From Ruditapes philippinarum (taxonomy: Eukaryota), in contig NW_026861919.1 of the NCBI RefSeq assembly GCF_026571515.1, positions 62,001 through 126,000 on the forward strand: DNA of 64,000 nt. Direction: 5' to 3'. Below are positions 12,996 to 27,600 of this stretch, piece after piece. Positions within the stretch are counted from its first letter, which is position 1, and each line of letters starts with the position of its first letter. The notes under the pieces are model-generated. The model made no database searches, was not told the DNA's origin, and was given only the letters and a program-made list of their open reading frames with translations. The position numbers and the translations under genes were made by a program.

Positions 12996-13728
12996 TGTTG
13001 TGCAGCCGAAAAATGATAAAATTCATTTAAAAAAAAAAAGAATAAATATGCATGATGATTTTCTTTTAAACACAAATATTTATATATATAATCATTTTCT
13101 AAAAGGTCATATTTTTAAAACAAAATTTGTGAAATTTCAAATATGTTAAGTTACAAATTGTATGTGTTTCAATAACAGATGTCAAATTTAAAATTATGTA
13201 ACTGGAAGATTAAAATGCGGCTTTTCCTCTTTGTCCAATCAACTGTGCTAAAAGTTTTATAATGTATAGGTGATAAGGTCAATTAAGCTGTCTGTACTTA
13301 TCATGTTGTTAAACCTTATGACTGATAAAATATCCAGGTGATGATTGTTGTTATAAATTCTATGTTGCTATGTTACATTATTTTGTATTGAAACCTGATT
13401 GGTCATTTTGTTATTTAAGACACAAAAAGGTTAAAATTCTATTGGTCAGTTAAAACGAAATCAATTTTAGAATTATTGTAAAGATATATGTAGAAAATTT
13501 AGAGTCAGTTAGATTTTGGATTTCCAAGTGATAACATTGTATTGTGGCTTTCCACAAAAAATAATCGTTACTGTTTTTAATATCAATTTGTTAACATCAG
13601 GATAACCTATGTATATGTTATATATTATCTGTGGTATTCCACTAAGAAAGAAACATTAAAATATAAAACGGAACATTGTGTTGAGATTCAATCCACCTTA
13701 AGTAGAACCCATAATTCAGCGCATAACA
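12996..13728 (+). repeat. 3' LTR of the mini LTR element
   Basis: Copy of 11081-11813. Only one difference seen by eye (G11694 vs A13609). Confidence 0.95.
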
Positions 13729-14684
13729 CTAGTCGGGCGCGTTAACCACTCGACCATGCGGCTAATTTATTTGTCAACAGTTTAGAATAAACCCAGAATG
13801 CCCATGGTTCTTTGATGTTTCTCTACAGATCATGCATGTTCCATTCCAAGCTTATTAACACTTTGTCATATTGTGTTTTGTAAATGTAGTTTGCACTGAT
13901 TGTTACATCTTTAAGCGAGTGTGATGAAAAATCAAATTTTTATTTAGCGATTTTCTTTAAAAACGTAGGCCTGCACGAAATTGTATACTAATGAAGACGA
14001 TATCAATACGTGGAGCAAAGTTACTACTACCGTAAGCAAAAAAAAAAATCTAATAAAAATCGAATGATAATGATAACTGCATTGTTTTAAGAAAGAACAA
14101 AAACATTTTCTACATTAAGCTTTTTTTTTCTTTTAAGGAGTTCTTTATTAAATTGCGCAGAAATAAAGTATTAAAATCGATGTGTGGGTTAACTTTCAGC
14201 AATTCATAACTAATCGTCTATATTTTATGATTTCCCTAAACATTTTTATCAGATATAATCATAATGAAAGTAGTCCCTTAAGACCGTAAGTTAATGCAAA
14301 ATAGTAATTGAAAATATATCATAGGGCGAGATATTGATTCTAGTTAGTTTTGAATAGTACTTCAATTCTGAGAAATATATCCGGGGATGATAATAAAAGA
14401 CCTGTAGACTTGAGTCAGTTTAATTACGCCAGTTAAAGTATTGTTATTTATATTTCAATATGCCCTCCGCAGTACAAATATATCCCCTTTTTATGTTTTC
14501 TTCGAACAGGAATCATGATATACAATGAAATGCGCGCTAACTTTACAAAACTCCAAAATGGAACCTAAGTTCTTGTTTCAACTGTATCACACTTATGGCA
14601 GACCGTATACAATTTGATTGATCCGGATTTCTGACATTTCTTTTTTTTATTTTCCAACGTTTGTTCGGCAGGCACACACATAAT

Positions 14685-14786
14685 TGAGCCGTGTCACAAC
14701 AACACCAACATAATGGGTTTGATCCATGCTGTTCGCTATTAGTTTCTCTACTTGTAATAGGGTTTGTAAGCGAACAGCATGGATCC
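14685..14786 (+). mobile_element. MITE fragment (related inverted fragment at 39618-39670)
   Basis: TGAGCCGTGTCAC.ACAA.ACCAACATAATGGGTTTG terminus and internal inverted repeat GATCCATGCTGTTCGCT...AGCGAACAGCATGGATC. Confidence 0.65.
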
Positions 14787-15536
14787 CTATCGAAATTTTA
14801 AAAATTAAATTAAAAGTAAAATATTGTGAACAAAGGAATTAATTTACACATCAGCACTCCACGTAAATTACCACACAAAAAAATGAAAAAAAGACAACAA
14901 AAAACATTAGTTGAATCTTCAATCTTTTTACTTTTCATAAAATCTTATTACATTTTCTCGAGTCTGATTTCTTGAAAACATTTTGGTCATCTGGAGGCGT
15001 GCAGCTTTTGTGAGCGTCACCTATGTTTATTTTCAAATGCAATATTATTAGAAGATTTGTTACTTATTTCCTTCACAACAATTAAAGACTAGATTTATAT
15101 GAGATTAAAATTTAATAAATACATTTTCGGGAAGTCTGTGAAATATACTAATGCTTACCATTTCTTATATCATTATCTTAATATTATAAGTATCGTTTAT
15201 AAACATGTGTACATGTATGTCTATATATTATTTTTGTAGATTTTTGTGTATATTGCGTATGAAATGATATGCCGTGTCACACCGCTTATTAAAAAATGAT
15301 AGGACATTTTTCTTTTTTAAATAAGCAAAATGATTGAAAAAGTATGAGTTTGCCAATGCAGCAGTATCTGTTTAAATTCACTTAAAATTGATTACGTCAT
15401 GTTATTAATTTCTCATTACTCATCAATATAAACATGAAACATTTGTAAGAACTCTTTAGCTTTTAACGTTATTGATCTAGAATATTGTAAATTGTTTCTG
15501 GCTATACTTAAACGGGCATTAACGGTACGAACGGTC

Positions 15537-15700
15537 CCCAGGGGCACACCGCTTCACTGCCAAGTTATTATTGATAGTACATTAGCAGGCCTTTGTTTCT
15601 TCCAATTATGCAAAATGAAGAGGAGGCGAAATAGTCTGAAACAGTGCCACGTTATATATAAGTTCAGGGTTTAGATGTGTTTTTTTCTAGTAAATATGTA
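15537..15700 (+). repeat. Duplicated non-coding module B, copy 2
   Basis: 5' half matches 8853-8965. 3' half (GTCTGAAA..GTGCCAC.TTATA..TAAGTTCAGGGTT) matches about 16626-16665. Confidence 0.75.
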
Positions 15701-18700
15701 CAATGTATATCCGGATCTAGATATGGGACAAGATGATTTTAAAGCAGACATTCCGTCAACATTCCAGTCTATTAGAAAACACTTTTTTTCTATAAAAAAA
15801 ACATGAATAATTTCATACTAAAAATTTTTTACTTGATTAATATTGATATACTTGTTTTTCACTTACTTGACAACATTTGGTATTTTGTGCTAAATAGACA
15901 GTCACAAATACACTAATTTTTTCTATAAATGATATTCTATTACATTATATATGTAGATTTCACACCTACCATAACTATTGATTCGCCATATGTCGCGATA
16001 TAATATAACATTATATAAAAAGCCCAGAGTCATAAAAATGTGTGATACAAATACACTATATAACAATGGTTCAATCAACTAATGAGCCAATGAATTAACG
16101 TGTGACGTACCCAGAAATCCTAAGGGATTTTCTGTCTTCTGTCGTCGGTATACCAATTTAAAAGCTGGCATGGTTAATCATTTATAGCGTCCGCTTTCCA
16201 CAATATTTCAGACTGCTGTATAAATCCAAGTTACTGTGTATCGTTATAGTACAAACAAGTAAACTAAACTAGTGTTCTTTTTTTCTAAATATAGTAAAAA
16301 ATCTTAAACTGGGTAGAGATGATTACATAAGTTTTAACGTGTATATATATAATACAAATATAAACATTGTACTTCGAAATATGTAAACACATATACATTT
16401 ATGAACATGAACAAGGCCGTTGGAAATATTGTGATGTAATCATTTTAATATTTAATTGACATTTAGAACATTCAAGCACTAGCTCCGAAATTTTATAATA
16501 TTATATTTTTATAGTATTGCTTTCTCTCAATTTTAATACTTTTCTTTCGTACAAATTGATATGTACCTGTTCGATATACCTTTAGCCGGCCTTTATTATA
16601 CAGAATGACAAAATGATAGGGAATGGTCTGAAAAAAGTGCCACATTATAAGTAAGTTCAGGGTTGATTTGTAGTTGTTTCTAGTTAAAATATACTTGTTT
16701 ATCTACAAATAGACAAGGTATATTAATTATTGACATTTCGCCTTTTTTCCAGACAAATAATAAATAAAAACAGTTTTAATCAAAACCTATGACAAATCAT
16801 GAAATATTTTATATATAATTATCTTGTTTAAGTCAACTCATGTTACTCGGCAGACGCTGTGTAGTAATAAAATAATAAAGACATAACCGCTTTTAAAACT
16901 GAGCAATATAAGTTACGTACGTATCACGTGATTCACCCACCATCAAATGATTGTTTTAAAAATCGGGTGGCGTTGTTGTGTACACGAGCTGAAGCGTATA
17001 TAAGTGTTGTTTTAAAAACTATAGAATTCTATTGATTTTCATTTGTCGTAGGTTTCAATGCTTTTAAATGAGAATGATTGACTGTAGAGATTTGATGTTT
17101 ACATAGGACAAGTTAAAAGGTTGGAAATCAAACTCCCCCACAACTTAGTCAAATATTTATTATGTTGTTCAACAATGCCCTTTGTTTTTACATTTTACGT
17201 CTATTTTAAGTCTGTTGTTTTCAGATGAATGTAACATTGATATCATTGATTTAAAGGAGGAAAATTTAGCGTTACACACATTGTATAAATAATAAACAAT
17301 AGTTGATTTGTACTTTCGTGAGTTTGGAGCGTGCGTCACAACTGCGTCCATCCGTTCAGACTTGCTGTTATAGTTGGTCGATCCTTTTTGTTTGGTATTT
17401 GTTCATCTTTACATTATGTATTCCTGCATGTGTTCGTTCGGCTGTTACACGGTTATTGTTTACTAGACCGTACTCCCGCTGGTCCGGTCGCTCATATAAG
17501 ATTAATAATAATTGAATCGTAAGCTTACTATTATATGAGCATTACATAAGTAACGACACGGACACGTCGGTATGATATAGTTATAAGCTATAAGGGTGCA
17601 TGAGAAATAAAAGAAAAAGAATATACACTTCAAGAGTTAATTACTAAATGGTTAAAAAAGTTTTCTGATACATCGAATTTTTTGGAACATACATTATTTC
17701 ATTATGTTATATCTAATATAAGTCTCCATGCATATTCGAACATATACAAACTCTAACTCTAACGAAATATTCCGATTTAGTATATTGTTTACAATTTAGA
17801 GCCGAAATTAATTATGGAATTGAAACATAGCATTATGTGATCATATTATATTGTCTAGGAACTAACACGCATTTGTAAGTCTAAATGTATTAAATGTTTG
17901 ATGCGAATTTCATAACGTAATACTAAAAAGTGAAGCAAAACCGATTATGTTAATTTACGCAACCAGAAATCGTAACTGTGTTCTGTTTAACCTATTCCCT
18001 GCTTCGATTAATAACAAATTAAATTGGGATGTTCCGTAGAATTTGAGCAACATATACAGCTAAATGTTGAATAGTAATATGTCTAAAATCTTTTGCGTGA
18101 TTAAATTATTCCATGCAACATATTAATATAGTATTATAATTCACAATATAATTAAAAATATTAATCTATCTTATCTCTTTAATCTTATCTTATCTTTTAT
18201 CTCAACTTATCTTTCTTCTTTTATCTTATCTTATCTCTTCAATTAGTATTGCTACGTATTGTATAATAAAATAATTGTACAAAAATATCCTTCTTATTTA
18301 AAAAAAACCGGCCAAAATCTACACATTTTTTTTCCATTTCTTTATAAGAAAGATCTTCGTTATTTTTCATCAATCTGTGTGTGTTTTGTCTGTGACGCTA
18401 TCGGCAAATCAGCAATATTATATTTGTTTACATTAAGTAAACACAATCAGAGGGGAGACTCCATTATGAGCAGCCCTATTGAAAGCTCGTTCTAACGGAA
18501 CAATCGACCAGTAGACATTTCAGAGACTGTCTTATATATTTACATATCACTTCTCTTTGTTGAAAAGTCGCCGTGATTTTTTCAAGTGATACCATTATGT
18601 TGTTCAAACGAAATCAACGCGTGGCCAACGTAGCAATTAGTTAGGTAGAAATAACTCACCATTACATTATCATCATTGATTAACTAAAAGGTAAAATCGT

Positions 18701-21526
18701 TCAATAATTAGAACGAGCATCACACAATTTGTGTATCTTAATCATCGCTAATGATTGCGCAACTTTCACAGGCTCGCAGAAAATGTGATAAAGTTTTTTG
18801 ATGATTATTGCGCTCTGGTTAAAGTCATTCTAAACTCACTATGACAAAATATCAGCAAAAATTATTGTTACTATATATGCTTTAAGTTACATGCGTACGT
18901 GTTACTACATGTATAATAAGTCAACATATTAATGACGTTCTCTTATTATCATATGCTTAAAGTATTTAAACTAAAAAACAAATAAGCATGTTCTTGGTCA
19001 TCTGAGGTCAGGTTGATACACTCCTTTTATTACGGATACTGAATTCAGATTCTATCAAATACTAGTAGCGAGCTCATTCTATCTGCTCTATAAATATAGA
19101 AATAAAACCAACGAGCGAGAATGCTGCAACAGATATCGGTCTCTTTGTACATTTGAAACTAACGCTACTAGTGAATCAGGTGTGTTGTTTCTCATATATT
19201 ATGGAGTGTTTCTTTGATCATCGCATGTGACTGAAACTCGGGGTATTTTAGTTCAATGTATATTTAATTCATTCGTGGCACATGAATGTGTAGTTTTCTG
19301 TTATAGTGTTTTCAATATTTTGATTATGTTGGTGGCATTCGTTGGTGGAATTTGTTAGATTTATTTCTGGTATTATTTCGTGTTGTACTTTCATTATTTT
19401 CTAATTGTTCTAAAGGAAATTCATTGTGTATATTTATAATACCTGTAAACGTTAAATGCTCTTTTTATGACTTAAAATTATTGCTTTACTTTAAGGGGTC
19501 AGTTATAAAGAAATTAATCGAAATAATCATAATTTCAAAATAACAAATTTTTATCATATCATCCTTGACTTAAAGAACAAAGGTGTTTAATGTTTTAAAG
19601 TAGTTGTACCCGACGAGCTATTGAAAGAAACAACAACAACAAATGATGAAATGAATAGTACGTCCACGATCAAGAGAAAAGGGGGCAACATGACCGATTA
19701 ATACACCTGATGATATCGTCAGAATAAGTGATGTGGACGAACGATATTGTGACATTTTACATCATAATTTTACAGCTTTTGTAATTTTTAATGTCCCAGC
19801 ACCATCCCTGTGGAATATAGTTTATGGATTTATATTAACAATTAAGTGTTAAAAGAGATTGAAATTGTTGTGGATATAGTGTACGTAATAGAAGCACATT
19901 CATTTTTATAGCTTTAGATCGATATTCAACAATGTAGCATCTGAATGTAAACCACTTTTATTCCAAAATAACGCGAGCGAGGAACAATTGGTTCATTAAA
20001 TATTGAATGGATGAAGCACACCCGATATTGACTAACTCTCCACAGCTTCCCAATATGTACCCCCATCCCTTTGGGACTTCTGTAAACCATTTACCATAGT
20101 CTAGAATACACTATCGGATAGCAGCTCAGTCCGCGTCGTTAACTTTTCGGGAAAAGGATCGTTAACATTTCGGGAAATAGAAGGATTAATATTATTCTGC
20201 AGGAATTAATGCAGCGCCAGGGTAGGATTTTTTGTTAAGCGTCATAAATTGGAACTGACAGGAGAAAAAACATAATGACATAAATTTTTGACGGCTTTTG
20301 AATGTGTTTTTTAATAGAACGGAAACATTTTCCAGGACAAGCGCATTTCAATAAAATGTTTATATATATTGTAACTTTCATATGTAACCTTCACAATTTT
20401 ATTAATTTTATTTTTTTCTTTCGGACCGATTTATAACTAATCAATTGACATTTTATTCTTATTTCTTATTGATAATTTTTGTATACATGTATATATAATG
20501 AAAACAAATTAAAACCATGTATCAATTTCAGTTTTTGATGTACTACTTTTTATTTTATATAAGTATAAATACGAGATTTAAAGTCATAACGTGTTGACAG
20601 TTTGTGAATTCAAGATAAAAATTTAATCATTTGACAAATAGAAAAAAAAACGTCAGGTAAATGAATCATATTTTGTTCCATTATAAACAATTAATTTTGC
20701 GATCGTAACAGGCGGGTGCATATGAAATATACCTTAGCGGTCATGACATACTTGAGATACGTTCTTTTATTTTGTTTTTAATGTTAGAGGTATATAAGTT
20801 CGACATTCTTACTAACTCTGTCTACTTGTTGACATCAGCTGTTCGAGCACTGGAATTAATCTTTTCATTACTTTCCTAGCTTCAAAAAGTGGTCGTAAAA
20901 GCTAGCCAAATAAATTATTTAGAGGAACGAAAGGTGTCAAATTCCTATTGCATCGACGGAAACTTATAGAGCACATCGTTTCAGCGTAAATTGCACACGG
21001 TTATGTTCCGCTAAATAAATTAAATCGTTTTTATGTTTCTCAGCCGGTGCACGTGCTAGGCTCGTGAGCGTTTGTATCAGATATCAAAATTGTATTAACT
21101 TAAAACCAACCCATTTCAATTTCAGGAAAAGAAGTGGTTCACACTATCTCCGACATGATACGGTGACAAGTACGTTAGATTGGAAAGCTTTTATTTAATC
21201 AAAAGTTTCCTGTTCCACGGCAGACGACACATTTCTAACTTTGGAAAATACCCAAGGGGATCCGAAAAACGCAACAAGGCAGCGCAGCACGTTTCAAAGA
21301 TTCAGAGACGTTTCCTGTCAACATATTTTAGAAAGGAAAACATGTATCGTTTTCTATTTGTGATAGAAAAATAGTGTGTATATTCAGGGAGAATTTCTTC
21401 TCGGATTTAGATATCAAGTTTTACAATCAAGCGGCCGCAGATATTTTCTAAAGCCGCGGAGGGGTCTGCTTTGTGTCATCACGTTCCAGGAATATTGTTC
21501 AATAAAAAAGAACGAAAAGTACAAAT

Positions 21527-21612
21527 ATGAAGGATTTACAGAGAAAGATAGTGGAATTAAAAGACGTGAAGGATGAAAAAATGATGAAACTAAAAAATTT
21601 CAGACCTACAAA
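21527..21612 (+). CDS. VGLUT: VGLUT putative first coding exon ([28 protein letters not shown])
   Basis: ATG with A at -3, in-frame upstream TAA at 21503, strong donor AA|GTAAGT, phase 2 matching the acceptor at 41945. Not confirmed by homology. Confidence 0.65.
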
Positions 21613-24600
21613 GTAAGTATTAAATGCCTTTTACATGTATAAATTTGTATGTTTTCTTTTTTTTTTCTTGTGAGTAAAACTTTTACATAAAACATTATTT
21701 TGATTCATTGGGGAAACTATTCTTTGTCTCGGAAATGACAGTTAATAACTCGTTCTTATTAGATTTATTTACAAACATTTCAACTCACATTTAAAGACTT
21801 ATAATTTCCATTTGTGCTCCAAATTTGTGTAAGAATAATACTTGTGTTATGAAATGAATAACAATGAGATATACATGTAGTATTAAAACGAAATACTGGA
21901 TGCCAATGAGATAAAAAATTTAATTAAACACTCATCCTACAGTAAAGTTTTATTAAAAGTTCGGCGTTTGTTTTTAAAGTTCCACTTCTTTTCGTGTGAT
22001 AATAGTAGATATAAGCCATGAAACACTTTTGGAAGTTCTGCAACTATAGTAAAAAACGTGTGTCAAGTGATTAAGAAAAAAGAAATATAATGGTAACTTA
22101 TTACGGTAACTTTCGATACTGAAATCTTTAATAATTATGCTGATAAAAACATTACGTTGATAATTTTAAAAAAAATGGTGTTCAATTTGAGATATTTTGG
22201 TTCCAACTTGAAGCATATACTTCGCAGAAACCACACTGTATTTTTCTGTAAAAGAACAGACAAAAGAAACCACAGTTTGAAGTGAAATCAATCTATTTGA
22301 TTATTGTGTAAGCTCATGAATATAAAATCACTATCTGTCAGTGCATGTACTTACAAGTTACTACATGAAAATGCTCCGGAAAATTCCGCCATAAAGTTGT
22401 CTTTCATTTCTAAGGAAATTTAATTACAGGGAGTTAATGTAAAAGCGTCTGTATCCAACAGAACGGTGCGACATTTTATCTCCACATGTGACAGTTCCTC
22501 TTTGTTATTTATCTTAGAGCTTTTGTACATGTGACAGTAGTAAATGCAGACAAGTTCATTAAAAAAAGGACGAAAATACTTCCTAAACCCTTCTTATACA
22601 CTATAAAGTTTGAAAGACATATGTAGAACGAAATTGAATCAACAAGTTTTAATAACATCCATAAATGTCAGTTGTAATGGAATATTCAAGGCCAAAAATA
22701 GCTTACCATATTATATTTATAATATGAATATTTAAACTTATTTTTTCTTTATGTAATATTGTTAGATAAAACAAGGCATGTTATATCTAAAATAGAAAGC
22801 CAACAATTCGTGTGCATCAAAAATAGAGGTAATATTAGTTCTTTATATTATTATTATTATAATTATCGTTATTAATCGGAGCAACCGGTAAATATACACA
22901 TAGTCATTTATTCTCATCCGAACTATCAAATGTAAGTACAATATAATTATGTAATTTATTATTAAATCTAAGACGAAGCTATTTTCTTTTTCATCCCTGA
23001 CACACACAGGAGAAATAATTTTATCTCAAAGATAAAAATCGTGTCTTAATTGTTTAATTTTAAGTAAATGTCAATTTAAGAAACAGGAAATATTCTCTTT
23101 TAGTATCATAAAACAAGTTATGTTACATTCTTTGACAAATTATAGCCATCTTCATATTCTTAAACCATTTTTATGTTTAAATGTTAAATTCTGCTTAAGC
23201 CGGTGCTATGGAGCGTCGACGGTAGTTTGCACTTGACAGTATCGTCCATGAACAGGCTCAGTCAAACCGAGCTTGCAACATTTTCAATTTTGGCGTTTAA
23301 GACTTTCTTAAGAGATTCTTATTTTTGTATTTTCTGACCCATTAATTTAAGCAAAAACTGATAACTGATATCATCTCACAACTAATCATTTATTTCACAT
23401 TTTTAAATTATTTGTCAGTAATGTATGAATATATATTTACTATTTTATTCCTTTGAATAAAACGTGAAAGGAAACGGGATAAAAGGCTAAATAATCCCGC
23501 GAACAAATTATTCAAACTTAAGCTAAACACACATTTATTTACTCGAAATATGATGTATAAATTATTATAACATGTTTTGTTAATACCAAAATAATGTCAG
23601 ATTTGATGCAGTTTTTTCTAAAGGCAAAGAAGGGATAACAAATACCCATTGAGTGTAAAACTAAATGTTTCATGTTTTTATGGTTACAACGATTTATTTC
23701 ACTGGACTATCTAAAATATATAAATACTTGATGAATAATTTGAGTATGAAGGTAAAGGACAATAGGCTCATATTTTCATAGTCAAGTTGAGCTGCATTGA
23801 CTTTATAATTCAAAAGATTGACTGTTAAAATGGTGTTTGACCAACAGGTGATATTTGAAAATGTTTAGAATAGTTATTTATAGTTTTTGCGAAGTGAATT
23901 ATTAAATCATAAGGAATTATTGCAAAATGAAAACTTATTTATATATTCACATGTTCACTGACTATATACCCTTGGGTAGGAATTATGTCACTTTAAATCG
24001 CTTACTCAGTAAGTGAGGTACTGAAAGATAAGAAGGGGCTCGTCCAATTTAATTTTCTACCCTCAATGAAAAGATAAATCAAAATAAAATTATTTGTTCT
24101 ATACCATTTGCTGAAACTTACTGTGTGCTGTTAATGACGTATTTTATATTTCACCGGTTTGGCGTATTCTCCTTACAAATATTATACTAAATTGAAAAAG
24201 AAACCGCTTTTTTGGTTAAGATTTCATTCCAAAGTCGTTTGTAAAACTGGAACGAATGCTCGTGCATGTCGGCCATGCATACGTAAAATATATGTCAGGT
24301 ACCAGACCGAGTTGCATAACCTTACCAATCAGTCAAACTCGTCCAAAAGATATGATTATTTATTTTGACAGCAACACCTTATTTTTCTCCATGATGCATA
24401 TTATGGCCTCATTGGTCTCCCGTGCATCAAAATACATGTAGTATCATTACAACAAATCGGCATAAACTATCAGTGAATTACTGAATTCAAAATTAACAGG
24501 TCATCTTGTAGTAGATTATAACATTTAAGGACATGATTGATGACATGTTCGGGGTCCGTACTCTTAGTGTCTGAAAGGGCGGATGTACCTTCATTAAGCC

Positions 24601-27600
24601 TAGAATTCTTACATGTACATACATACTACCCAAACCCGTTTTAACATCCTATATGTTCTTCCAAACTAGTAATCTACCATCACGTACTGGTGCACACACT
24701 AAACTGTTACAATAAAAAACCCATCCTCGCCATCATAAAACACCCAGGAAAAAACTTCTTCAATCAATTATGCAACAATATTTTCAGCAAAGTAGTCAGC
24801 AATTCGCAAAAGTAATTAACCTCGCCAGAACTGTAGCCAAGTAATCAATTTTACAAAGTTTTTAATGTTTCCATTTTTAGAATATGATTATTGTAATATA
24901 TCACATACTGTCTGAGTAGGCGTGACATACATTATATAAACTAATGTAATAGTTTACAACTAAAATATAATTGCCAAGCCATGAATATTCTGCATGAAAT
25001 GGAGAGTCCTTATTATTCGCTACAATTTACGGAACGTCCGTAGTTCTACTCAGGAGCCCGTTTGTGAGTGCAATGATGTATTGGGGAAGGGGGTGCACCC
25101 GAGGTCCTCTACTACGAGTTAAGCTGGAAAGTCGCCATATGACCTTTACTCTTTTGGTGTGACGTAAATCCCAACCAAAACCAAAATCATTAATATCTAT
25201 AAGAATTATTGTTCGAAAAGTACACATTAATAAATCAGTGTAAATTCAAATTATATTGTGCTTTCAAGTGAATAATGAACGTTTCCCACCATCTAACGGG
25301 AAAAGAACAGTATCTTATCAGAAATGAAGTTTCCGTCTTCATTTGGCTTGATTTAAAGTTTTAAATGTAAATCTTTTAGAAAACCACTTTACAAATCTCA
25401 CGGGGCATGACTCTTGTATAATGTAATGTATTAAATGCACACACGTTTGCGAGAGATTCACTAAAGTTATATTATATTTGACACATCAATGTAACGTTGC
25501 CATGGAGACAGATATTCCCAGCTGAATCAGCAAACAAGTGATGGAATAATGTTCTTGTAACAAAGGTCAAGGACGATCAATTTATGAAATAACTCCAATT
25601 CAAACATATGATTATCATATATGTATAAAATACCATCTCACGGTAAACAAGAGAAAACTCGCTGAAACACACGGCCCTAGCATATGTTTTTCATTAAACT
25701 CTTATGCATCACTGAAATTTCCAAGTTAAGTTTAAATGACGAATATTTACAAAAATAAACTATTGACTCTATTGTGCACTTATGACGCCAGTAGAGTATT
25801 TGAATTATTTAAATTAAAGGAGTATTTTTCACTTCACTGAGGAGCAAAAGACTAAAAAAATTAAATATGATTTTTACATAGATAAGCCTGGTAGCAAAGA
25901 TACTCAGTTATAAGTCATAGTGAAGATACTCAGATATAAGTCGAAAATCCTATTTTGAACTCTCCATAACCCATTTTAAGTGAAAAGCGTTACAACGCTT
26001 TTCATTTGTCGGTTATATTTTCTTGATTAAGATAATTATTCTGGAAAAATAAAAAATAAAAACAAAGATAAAAAAACGAGAGAGCGAATGGTCAGAAATC
26101 TTGCACAAAAGTTTTTGGTCTATACCTACATCAAATGGAACATCTCGAATATCATTTCCAGTCCCGTCTTGTCACGTCAACCTCAGCGGAGTCCCTCTAA
26201 TATTTATATATTTAATACTGAACTCAAATGACCATAAGAGGTTAATACACGGCAGGAGAGGGCCGGAAGGTGATAATCGGCCCGCAAAATGAATAATGGA
26301 CCCGAGGGCTTTAGCCCGAGGGCCATTATTCATTCAGGGCCGATTATCACCTTCCAGCCCTACTCTGACGTGTATTAATGTCTTTAATACACTTGGTAGA
26401 TCTAATAGAGTCTAGTAGCATTTAAAAAAAAACAAAAAAAAAACAACAAAACAACAACAAAGTTCTTTGTCTACTCTTCTACTGTTCTGTACAGATATGT
26501 TAACTGTTTGTGTGTTCAAAGCAGTAGAATCTACTAGAAGCAAGTTTTATTTTCATTTTATTTCGGAATTCATTTGTCGTATTATTTCTTCAAATTTCAA
26601 TAGTAACAAAAATGTGTTTGTACTAAATACGCTTAAGCTCTCATAATAAAAATAAAGCGATTCGTGCTGACAACCTACTTTCACTTTTACAGTTAACTGT
26701 TTGATGACGTAAAATTTGACGTCATTGGTTCAGTTTGTGCACGTGCACATGTTCTGCGGGCTGATAACTAGTTCTCGGCCCCGGGCCGCAAACTCATAAT
26801 AGGTCACGTGACACACATAATCAATTGAAATCATATGCAATTTTGTTACTATATATAGTAACAAGTGTATTAAAAGACTTTATCATATTTTCATTGTACA
26901 CCTTTGCTCTTATTTAAAATATTGCCTTCACTCTTCATACTTTATAAGGTGTCTGTCTTGCATGTGTAAATACCACTTTCAGGTTCATTCTCTAAACATG
27001 CAATCAGGTATCCGTAATTCATAATGTTATAAATAAACAGAAAACAATAAAGGCATATTTCACATTCCAGTCTGTTTCATGTTAAGAATATTGATCAAAT
27101 GACAGAATAAAAAGTAATTTGAAGCAACAGATGCCATTAGTTATTTCTTATTGGTACTAATGTTTCACATATCAACATAATATAACCATTTACTGATATG
27201 TTATTTTTCTTCATTACGTGCAGGGATAGAATAGTGTAACATATGATAATTTCAATGAAGTATAAAAGAAACACATACAATACTTGCAATTTCAAATTTT
27301 CCCTTGTGCAGATTGGAAAATGTTAGATTTGAATATTTGTTTTATATTTTTATTCAAATTTGATATTTTTATTCAAATTTAAGTAATATCACGGTTTTTT
27401 TTTGTTTTGGTTTTTTTTCTCGGTGATGGTATTCATTACCAACAGTTACACATACTTGACAGTTTTGTTGCGGAAAAGTGATGTGGCAATTGTTTCTACT
27501 AATGCGACCAGCGCAGACAAAGATCAGTTTGGACAGGCTCAATGAAACCGAGCCTGCAAAACTTTCTTTTTTGCCTTATTGGGCTTTCTTTGGGTATTCT

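Larger units (their letters stand above)
11081..13728 (+). mobile_element. Complete non-autonomous mini LTR retroelement (2648 bp, Gypsy-related), single ORF, no pol
   Basis: 733-bp direct repeats with TG...CA ends. CTAG TSD at 11077-11080 and 13729-13732. TGG-initiated PBS-like site at 11816. PPT AAAGGAGGGAGAAG at 12982-12995. Confidence 0.95.
10985..13762 (-). mobile_element. tRNA-derived SINE split by an LTR element (SINE parts 10985-11080 and 13729-13762)
   Basis: Matches the SINE at 35797-35911/38561-38612 (TATAGACACACTTT.GAATCCGTTCCT.GAACC; GCGTTAACCACTCG..CATGC). A-box lies on the minus strand. The ~40-bp B-box segment is missing in this copy. Confidence 0.8.
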
